64,000 nt of DNA from Eledone cirrhosa. Taxonomy: Eukaryota. The stretch covers positions 203,546,001 to 203,610,000 of the forward strand of contig OZ024740.1 of NCBI GenBank assembly GCA_964016885.1, read 5' to 3'. The notes below the pieces were generated by a model. The model was not told the DNA's origin and did not search any database. It saw nothing but the letters and a program-made list of their open reading frames with translations. Position 1 is the stretch's first letter. Every line of letters begins with the position of its first letter. This document shows, in pieces, positions 54,866 through 64,000 of this stretch. The translations under genes and the position numbers were made by a program.

Positions 54866-55127
54866 ATTCCTTTCAACTAAACTGTATCCATTCAAATCTT
54901 TCTATATATATATATATATATTGTCTCTCTTTTCCTCTCTTTACGTTGCATTACTTGCATTACTACCATGTTGTTTGTTTCCTTTCCTCTGTTTTCCTCT
55001 GTCCCGATAACTTAATTTAGTTATCGCTCGCAAAGATTTTATGTATCTAGTCTTTAATGCGAAGAAATACCAATGATAATCAGCAGACTACTGATGACGG
55101 ACATTCTTGTTTCTCGGTCTATTTTTA

Positions 55128-55154
<27 letters not shown>

Positions 55155-55162
<8 letters not shown>

Positions 55163-55380
55163 ATGCTTTGGGAGGGTCATGTTGCCAATAAGAAACACAC
55201 GCACCAGTTGCTTTCACTTCAATTTATTATAAATTAAATTTATAAATTTATAAATTGAAGTGAAAGCAACTGGTGCGTGTGTTTCTTATTGGCAACATGA
55301 CCCTCCAAAAGCATAACAATATCGGTTTCAACACACGTTTTCAGATAAAGAATTTTGCGAAACAAATTCAGAAACGAAAT
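55155..55380. mobile_element. Fold-back PLE tail insertion in (TA)n (73-bp inverted arms); same tail family as the Naiad-like element at 45474-45607
   Basis: Arms 55155-55227 and 55250-55322 differ by 1 nt; tail sequence shared with 45474-45607. Confidence 0.85.
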
Positions 55381-55394
55381 ATATATATATATAT

Positions 55395-55817
55395 TTATTA
55401 AAATAACAGATTAAAGTTTAAGTAAAGAATCGTTGCTTTCACCCTTAACGGGATCTTCTGAAACTAACAAAGTCAATCTGTGAACGCAGAAGTGAATATT
55501 TAATAAAACGTTGCAACCGGAGGAAGACAGGAAGACTATACTTTGGTTCGTGGAAACGTTCCCTGGCAATGAACGGGAAAAAACGAATATAATACACGTA
55601 CGTCATTATTTGGAGCGTTGAAAAACAATTACACACAAAGACAAAACCACGTTTATAGTATAAAAGAAGTCGTAGACTAATATTCTATTAGGTGGTTCAT
55701 AGAGACGTTCTTTGGCAATGAACGAAAAAAACGAAGATAATACGGTTCTTATATATTTGATATATATTTGTCCTTATCGAGCCCACTTTGGAATTTAGTC
55801 TTCAAATTTATTATTAT

Positions 55818-55820
<3 letters not shown>
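55395..55820. mobile_element. Non-coding PLE-like element, CAGAAGA-hammerhead family, copy A (inverted part plus tail)
   Basis: Homologous to 56902-57592; hammerhead-like motif on the minus strand at about 55415-55465. Confidence 0.72.
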
Positions 55821-55855
<35 letters not shown>

Positions 55856-55863
<8 letters not shown>

Positions 55864-56566
55864 ATAAATTAACGGAGGCATAGGCCCTCGCTATATTTTT
55901 AATTATCGTGTCTATAGTCTGCCTTTCATAGGTTATAGATTCCATACACTGGTGGTTTTTTCCCTGTATTATTGATAACGCACTATATATCTCTCTCTGG
56001 TGTGTTACTTTCTCAACATATTGTATTTTAAAGAGCTCAGGATCTCTTCTCCTTTGAGCACATTATTTACAGGGAATAGCGAGGGCCTATGCCTCCGTTA
56101 ATTTATCGTGATATTTCGCTCCTAATAACAGTCTTTCCTATCTCTGTTTGGTTGAGCACACTTCTCTGAGTGGCTTTGGGCTGCCCTTTCTAGCAGTTCG
56201 TCCCTCAGAGGCCACTGGTTCACTGCCCTTAAACACGCTGTGACTTCTCTCTCCCACGTGTAGCTGGACAGTCAATTTTAAAATTCTCTTAGTGTTGTCT
56301 GAAATGTATAGCCTTACACACGCTGATGAACCGAGACTAGACCATTTCGTTCAACAAATTTTTGGTGAAACATATCTTTGGATTTGTACGTGTGTTATAT
56401 AGTTATAGAGGTATTTATTTACGCTTTAATTTATATTTTTAATTATCGTGTCTATAGTCTGCCTTTCATAGGTTATAGATTCCATACACTGGTGGTTTTT
56501 TCCCTGTATTATTGATAACGCACTGTATATCTCTCTCTGGTGTGTTACCTTTTCAACATATTGTAT
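55856..56566 (+). mobile_element. Retrozyme-like non-autonomous element: 540-bp period, terminal direct repeats of about 134 bp, 39-bp inverted 5' piece, in (TA)n
   Basis: 55892-56025 repeated at 56432-56565; 55856-55894 is the reverse complement of 56076-56114; internal hammerhead; no ORF. Confidence 0.85.
56316..56395 (+). ncRNA. Type I hammerhead ribozyme with a true stem III
   Basis: acacacg-CTGATGA-accgaga/ttttggt-GAAA-catatc-tttg-gatttg-TA-cgtgtgt; 7-bp perfect stem I; GUA cleavage after 56388. Confidence 0.9.
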
Positions 56567-56622
56567 ATATATAAATATATATATATATATACATATATAT
56601 ATAGTAATAATAATAAATTGCA

Positions 56623-56800
56623 CTCAGTGCTCTTGTGGGAGCCCCCACATGGACACACTGGAAGAGGAATTCCAAGGTTAACGTATGTTGATGCCCTAAG
56701 GACAGACACTGATCTGTTGGAGACGCAGGACATGGCATCGATAATGAGGGCCAGAGACCGCTGGAGAGAACTCGTCCATGGATCTCGGGAATTTTACCCG
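56623..56800 (+). mobile_element. RTE LINE extreme 3' fragment
   Basis: VLLWEP.HG...RG.P.LTY.D.L..DT......MASIM..RDRW. Confidence 0.75.
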
Positions 56801-56833
56801 CCCTATATATATATATATATATATATATATCCG

Positions 56834-56901
<68 letters not shown>

Positions 56902-56908
<7 letters not shown>

Positions 56909-57592
56909 TAACATTAAAGTTTAAACAAAGAATTGCTGCTTTCACCCTTAACGGGATCCGGGATCTTCTGAAACAAAAAAAAATCAATCTGTGATCGCAG
57001 AAGTAAATATTTCGAAAAACGTTGTAACCGAAGGAAAACAGGAAGACGATACTTTGGTTCGTGAAGACGTTCCCTGGCAATGAACGGAAAAAAGCGAAGA
57101 TAATACGTCGTTATGCGGAGCGGTGAGAGCAATTACACGCAAAGACAAAACCACGTTTATTTTATAAATGGAGTCGTAGACTAAAATTCTATTTAGGAAA
57201 CCGAATGATTCTCGGCTTCAGAATTAAGAATAATGTAAATAAATTAGTAGAACGAAAATGACAGAGGTTATTAAAATCATAAAAGTAATAATAATTAAAT
57301 ATATACATACACACATCCATAAACGTACATACACGTGCATACGCGAAAACACCTGCAATGCATGCATTTACATGCACATACACATAAACGTTTTTCGAAA
57401 TATTTACTTCTGCGTTGACAGATTGATGTTTTTAGTTTCAGAAGATCCCGTTAAAGGTGAAAGCAGCGATTCTTTGCTTAAACTTTAATCTGTTATTTTA
57501 ATAATATTTGCTCTAAGGTTCTTATATATTTAATTTATATTTATCCTTATCGAGCCCTCTTTGGATTTTAGTTTTCACATTTATTATTATTA
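56902..57592. mobile_element. Non-coding PLE-like element, CAGAAGA-hammerhead family: inverted pair (minus 56902-57385, plus 57388-57592); further body copy at about 58860-59150
   Basis: Head-to-head duplicated segment with a hammerhead-like motif in each arm; flanked by (TA)n/(TG)n. Confidence 0.75.
57434..57484 (+). ncRNA. Hammerhead-like motif with non-canonical CAGAAGA core
   Basis: agttt-CAGAAGA-tcc..ggt-GAAA-gcag/ttgc-TT-aaact; same motif on the minus strand at about 55415-55465 and 56918-56975. Confidence 0.6.
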
Positions 57593-57593
57593 C

Positions 57594-57676
<83 letters not shown>

Positions 57677-58019
57677 ATTATATTTGTTTTGCGTATGGGG
57701 ATTTGTACTCAGAACGCAAAGACTTTTATTTATTCGACAAATTTCAATTCGGTTATATAATGTTTGCAATAACAAAAAGAAAAAGAAAGAGGGAAAAAAA
57801 TTAAATGACGAAAGTAAGTAAAAGGTTTAGGGCAAGGGAAGGGAGAAAGACAATGTTTAAATAAAAGAAGAGAGGAAAGAAAACTGTGTGGAAACATAAG
57901 AAGGAATACCAAACAGTACTAAAACAAACAAACAAACAAATCCTTGTTTAAAACAGTAAAGAAAATGCAAAGGAAGGGGTGAACAACCGAGCCAACACCA
58001 GATCAAAAGACAGCAGCGA

Positions 58020-58455
58020 GGGGTACTGGGCGACCTCTCTAATTACTTTTGAAGCAAGCCAGCACACTCGCAGCGTTGCCTCGAGTGATGGCGAGGCTAA
58101 TGCGCCGGAACAGTCAAGCGCACTCGCGAGCCGCCAGTGAAGAGAGGAACCTCACAGTCAGCGGCCCGACTCCCCCAAACGTCTCGAAAGCCACAGGCTG
58201 AAAAATGTAGCTGGCCGACAGATCAGAATATTTGAGGGTCTTACTCCGTTCGGCTGCGGAAGCTGTGGCTCTCGCCCTAACTGCAGCATCCAAGATGTGG
58301 GAAAGAGCAAAAGAGTCACTAACAGTGACGTCCCAGACAAGGCACCTGCCTCTCGACCAGGGACACAGAGTAAGGACGTCAGGTCTTTTGCCGTCACTTC
58401 CGGACAATCCAGATGGTTCCAAGACTGAGGGGATGTTCGCCCGAGCCAAAGCTCT
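58020..58455 (-). mobile_element. CRE-like non-LTR element 3' end (restriction-like endonuclease); a more decayed piece at about 59640-59850
   Basis: EP.GL...DGKRPD.LTL.PW..G..L.WDVT, K..KY, F.P.A.ET.G, I..GNA..V. Confidence 0.85.
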
Positions 58456-60531
58456 CTTTATATAGATATTTTTATATATATGTGGGTGTTTATGTATATG
58501 TATGTATATGTATATTTATATATGTATGTGTGTGTGTATATATATATATGGATTATCGTTGGATTGTGTATGTGTTGCTGTATGTTTTGTATATGTATAT
58601 ATATATGAGTCTGTATGTGTGTTTGCACGTATGTATGGTGTGTAGTTGTGGACATAGGGTTTTGGTATATGTACATTTGGTGAACATATGTGTATTTACC
58701 TATAAGTATGTGTGTGTGTGCGTTATATACGCATTCATGCGTGTATATTTATATATGTATATATAATTATATGTATATATACACACACACACACATATTT
58801 ATATGTGTATTTGGTGTATACGTCCGTATGTGTGTTGGTATATGTGTCGTGCCGGTTTACGTACGTGTGCGCGTGTTTATGTGTACGAGCATGTTATATG
58901 CATGCATGGCATGTGTTTTGCGTATGCACGTGTATGTACGTATAAAGATGTGAGCATGTATATATTTAATTATTATTACTTTTATGATTTTAATAACCTC
59001 TGTCATTTTCTTTCAACTAATATATTTACATTATTCTTAACTTCGAAACCGAGAATCATTCGGGTTCCTGAATAGAATATTAGTCTAATGACTCCATTTA
59101 TACCATAAACGTGGTTTTTTGTCTTTGCATGTAATTGTTCTCAACCGCTACAAGGAATCAAACCTTGTATTCCTCAAATCCCGACTGAGTAGTCTGTACC
59201 ATTGAGCTAAACGACCTGTACAACAGTTTCTGTTTTAAATAGAAGCTAAAGATCAGCATCTCAATGTGACAACATTGAGATGTTGTAATGTTCGACACTT
59301 TGCATGAATATATTCTGAGAAAGCAAATGTTAGAAATTCTTGCATAATGATTGGCAAGCCTACTTTAGTAGTAATTTAATACTTTTAATATTAACTTTAT
59401 GTGTTAGTATATTCTGGGCAATATATGTCTCTGTGTGTTTGTGTGAATGGTTATGTAGCTGTCATATATGTGTGCGTGCAAATACACTGTATATAAGATC
59501 AATCATTGTCTTATCAAGTGCGTGTATAAGTTGATGTTATCTCTCTTTTACTCACTGCCTCCGTCACTCTCGCTCTCCCCATCTCTCACTATTATAAGTA
59601 AACGGGAGTCCACGCGCTGGCCGCCCGACGAAAAGAATAGAGAGGATGGTGAGGGAGGTGCATTGGAAGAGCCATTCCAGCTTGCGAGGATCACACCTAC
59701 GGGTAGTCAACTATGTGCCGATGGTGGTAAGTAGGGAGGAGGTCCTAGGGCCAAGGACATCAGAAGTCTCAACTGCTATGGGCTCGACCGCAAACCTGTC
59801 GAAGAGCGACCGATATTTGGAAAGTTTACCCTCCTTGGTCCGAAGTGCAACAAAGCCTGGATTATTCACAGAATGCACCAGGTTGCCGCTGGAGAAAGTT
59901 ACACATTTACAATTCTAGCTCAAATAATACAAAAATCTAGCTAATTCTAGCCATAAATGATGCTAAACTTGGCTATAAAATCTTATTTGGAGTTAGCAAC
60001 CCTGCTCTATTCATGACTTTCACAGCCCCCACGAGCATTTTATCTACACCTAGCTTCCAGATTATAGCAAAGGACTCTGTCGAAGGCTTTCTTCACATCT
60101 ACAAATGCCACTACAGAGGCTCAGTCTTGGTTAGGTTGTTCTTCTGCAGGAAGTGGGTATCGGTGGTACACATATCTGTCATAAAACCGAACTGCATATC
60201 TGCTTGATTTGGTCTCACTTAACCTTCATGACCTGCTCCATCAACAATGAGTGTTCCAGTTGTTCGATCAACGAAACAGCCTGTTCAAGAAATTAAAGTG
60301 CTAAGTGGCTGAACATTCCACAGACACGTGTACCTTTAACAGGCAGATTGAATGCAATACTGTAGCTCTGGTACTGTAGATTTGGATGGAGGATAGAAAC
60401 TCCACTATAGGTACAACCAATCCGGCAGGCTTCCAAACAGTTTCCATCTAGTCAATTTCAACTACAAGACATGAGTTGATTCGTGCCCAAGATTCCACGC
60501 AGTGATATCGAGCCCGGGACCTGATAATTGC

Positions 60532-60725
60532 AGACCTGTCAACTCTTCACGTCCGACAGGGAGATCTCCCACCCACTTTGGGGTAGGTGAGGGATGTCTT
60601 CTCTTGGGAAAATGGGTATAGCTTTCATTATATAAAATCTCCCCATTTTGCCTCATTTCTCCCCGTTTTTTGGCACTTTTATTCATGGTACACCCCCGTT
60701 TGGGTTTTTGAGGTTGGCAGATCTG
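60532..60725. mobile_element. MITE family with CAGACCTG.CAAC TIRs; other copies 61429-61795 (SINE inside), 63805 onward, partial about 37550-37830
   Basis: CAGACCTGTCAACT ... AGGTTGGCAGATCTG; shared internal sequence. Confidence 0.7.
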
Positions 60726-63186
60726 TAATTGTGAAGCGAACTTTAAAACCATTTGGCCATGCTACATCCACGTACAGGCGTTTAGACTTCTTTGTATTTA
60801 TACAAATATATAAATAATACTCTATTTCACTCGTAACTGGCACTCCACTTCACAGTAATGGAATTTAAACGCTACTATCTATTTTTTCTACTTATAAAGA
60901 AACGCACTATAGATTTCTTGGTTTGCCTAAAAAAAAAAAAATTGTTGTAATGAACCTCCGTCGGTTCCGAAGATGAATGTTCCAGTTGTTCGAACAACGG
61001 AACAGCCTGTTCGTGAAATTAATATGTAAGCGACGATGTATTCTAGATTCACGTGACTCTTTAACGTAGTTATCAGATAGATTTAAAAAAAATTTGTTTT
61101 CAGCTTTACTGGTAGTTTATTTGTCAACATAACCACCCTCATAATATTTTAACGGGGAGAAAAAGAGAAAAGAGAAAGGAAAAAAGAAAAACAACACACA
61201 CACATAAGCAGGTAATACACATCTAGGACCATATACAACAAAAGGCTGGCGAAAGGGGTGGACAAACGAACCGCTGCCTGAACAAAAGATAAGCGTGACA
61301 TTGAGTGTGACAACTAATTTTTGCCAGCTTGCGCAACGTGAACTAAAATTTCTGGTTCAAGGACAAAACGCCGCCACTAATCTACGCACCTTCACAGGTA
61401 CTGGGGTTTATTGTCCAGTCGGGGTTTGCAGACCTACCAACCTGAAAAACCTAAACGGGGAGTACTATGAAAAAAGTGCCCCCAAACGGGGAGAAATAAG
61501 ACAAAATGGGGAGATTCTACATAATTGTTTCTTCTTTAGGCACAAGGCCAGCAATTATCCAGTGCATTACTGGTACTTTATTTTATCGACCCCGTAAGGA
61601 TGAAAGGCAAAGTCAACCTCGGCGGGATTTGAACTCAGACCGTAAAGGGACGTAACTATGCTGGAAAGCATGGCGTCCGACCCTCTACCGAAGAGGGGAG
61701 ATTCTACATAATGAAAGCTATACCCATTTTCACGAGAGAAGACACCTGAAATGGGTGGGAGATCTGCCCGCCGGACGGGGATAGTTGACAGGTTTGGGTT
61801 TGTCATAGAGCCATCACTCGTAAAGTATTTTGGCCACGTAATTTGTACATTTCAACGAATCGGCCAATTTCTGTGGTCATGAACTATTGCTACACACAAA
61901 TCAATTGACTCTGTGCATCATACACGCCAAAAGAACAAACAAAAGAACATTTTTCATTTCTATCAAATGAATGAACTTTGAACGAACGTTTTGCATGTAA
62001 ATTTGTTTTGCTTCCACATTTTATGTCATTTCGTTTGTTTTTAAATGACCTAGGTTTTTTTATTGTTGTTTTTTGTTCTTTTTTTAGCATTTACACCAAC
62101 ACACACACCTAGATCGTTCGATCGTTAGCTTTCTCACTAGAAAGGGGTTTCTATAACGGAATAGTCCTACATTTCATCAGCGAAGCTTCGAAACCGAATC
62201 TGAGCTTTTCCGCCTAGTAAGTTCATACTGTTTGCATTTTACACTCACCCTTTCTGTTTGTCATATTGTATCTTTCAGATACAATACAAATTATATTATA
62301 TCGTATTCTGTGATACTTGCATTTACGTGACTCGAAGAGCCACCAACTTATTGTACGAATATTTCATGTTATAGATTTTATCATTCAATGTTCAAATTGA
62401 ATATTGTTATTGTAAAATAAACATTGTAACAACACAATCCTGGTATTATTCTTTTCATCAAAACCATCATACCAACAATCCATTCTATTCGTTATACACG
62501 TTATAAAATGGTAGTACTACAAGGTTTAATGAGAAAGCAACGAAGTGAATCATTTAATAACTGTTTCTACTTTTGGCATAAGGCCAGCAATTATCCCAGT
62601 GTATTACTGGTACTTTATTTTATCGACCCCGTAAGGATGAAAGCCAAAATTAACCTCGGCGGGATTTGAACTCAGACCATAAAGGGCCGTAACTCTTTGC
62701 TGCGAAGCATGGCGTCCGACCCTCTACCGATACTGCCAATCCTTATGAATCATTTAATAACATTCGTAAAATGAACTGATTACTTAATTGCTGTACAAAT
62801 TCATTAAAAGCCCGTTTGACAAGAAAAACCAATATCACCTATGATTTCAAACACAATAGCTATTAAAAATAGCTATTGTTGTTTATTCCCATAGGAGAGC
62901 AACTACCTTATAACTGTGGCGTGTGTCTTCGATGTCATTCGGTAAGTACAATGAATAACATATATATGTAAATGTAGCACATAAAAATTGATAACTTGTT
63001 GAATAAATCGTAGACTACAGTTGTCGTGTGCTTATACAGAAACAACTTCAGTGACAACTGTTTTCATTTATTACAAAGCAGAGTAACAAGGATCTAATAA
63101 AACAAAACAATAAAATAAAAAATAAACAAAACAAAAACTAACATGGCGAGTATTTTATTCCTTTATTTGATGTATGAAGTATCCCC

Positions 63187-63585
63187 GTGTGCTTCACTAA
63201 GACCCTGGCAAAGAGGATTGACAGCTTCGATAGCAGAGCCCTGAGGACCATCAAAAACATCAGATGTGACCACCAAGTTTCCAAAAAAGTGTTGCGTGCG
63301 TGCATGCATCAGCCCACGGCTTCCCGCCTCATAGCTATCCACTGCTTGCGCTGGTACGGACATGTCCTCCGCCTTCATCCTACACAAGTCTTACACTCAT
63401 TCGACGCAGCGGCTGCAGGCTGGAAGACGCCCCGCACCAGATGGCTGGATATCATCAAGGAAGATCTCCGGATGCTCGACATCACGTTGGAGGATGTAGA
63501 GGAGCTGGCATGGGACCGCCAGCGATGGAGGGCGCTGGTGGACCTGGACGGCTCTACACACAAGGCTTTGGGGTCGTTGGCTTAA
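63187..63585 (+). mobile_element. RTE LINE 3' fragment
   Basis: RIDSFD.RALR.I, LRWYGHVLR, PRTRWLD.I.EDL, A.DR..WR. Confidence 0.82.
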
Positions 63586-64000
63586 GATAACCCTGGCCTC
63601 GTTGAGCAAGAGCAAGAAGATTTCTGTTAAATAAACTAGACATGGGCAACCTTTTTCAACCATTTGGTCGCATGAGATATGGCTCACCATAAGACAAGCC
63701 GTGTTACTAAAACATTCAAAGTGTTTTTCGTTAAGCGTGCCATTCAGAAAGCCAAAATGGACCGCAGTTTGCGTTTGCCTATGGCTACTTTAAATGATAT
63801 ATAACAGACCTGTCAACTCTCCCCGTCCGACGGGGAGATCTCTCACCCACCCTGTGGGTGAGAGATGTCTTTTGTGAAAATGGGTATAGCTTTCATTATG
63901 TAAAATATTCAAGGGCGGTGAATTGGCAGTATCGGTAGAGGGTCGGACGCCATGTTTTGACGCATAGAGTTACGGCCCTTGCCATTCTGAGTTCAAATCC

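Noticed and set aside
62110-62190. Minus-strand CTGATGA...GAAA hammerhead
   Set aside because: Weak stem II and no UH plus stem I in register
62895-62941. GEQLPYNCGVC as a C2H2 zinc-finger exon
   Set aside because: Single short match with no F/L/H..H pattern and no neighbouring fingers

Overview
AT-rich, repeat-dense animal genomic DNA. The SINE, microsatellite and TE repertoire looks octopod cephalopod (inference). Positions 1225-32758 (minus strand) hold the first 18 coding exons (2435 nt, about 811 codons, all GT-AG, phases consistent) of POLE, the DNA polymerase epsilon catalytic subunit. The gene continues off the left edge, and E2F sites lie just upstream of its ATG. Its introns carry a DD37D Tc1/mariner element, a piggyBac element and MITEs, RTE LINEs, a Chapaev3-like fragment, SINEs and minisatellites. 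The 31 kb upstream has no recognisable host protein gene and is a TE cluster: Penelope-like elements (PLEs), R4/Dong, RTE, CRE-like and Gypsy fragments, and SINEs. The main signal outside the ORF track is a dense set of hammerhead ribozyme (HHR) motifs (roughly ten complete or near-complete, plus two halves) in PLE tails and non-coding (TA)n-inserted retrozyme-like elements. These include a three-copy family with a non-canonical CAGAAGA core, an HHR with a large stem II insertion, and fold-back palindromes centred on HHR stems. A possible 9.5-kb inversion with breakpoints inside LINEs, and repeated SINE insertion at one target site, are also visible. All RNA folds were paired by eye, not computed.
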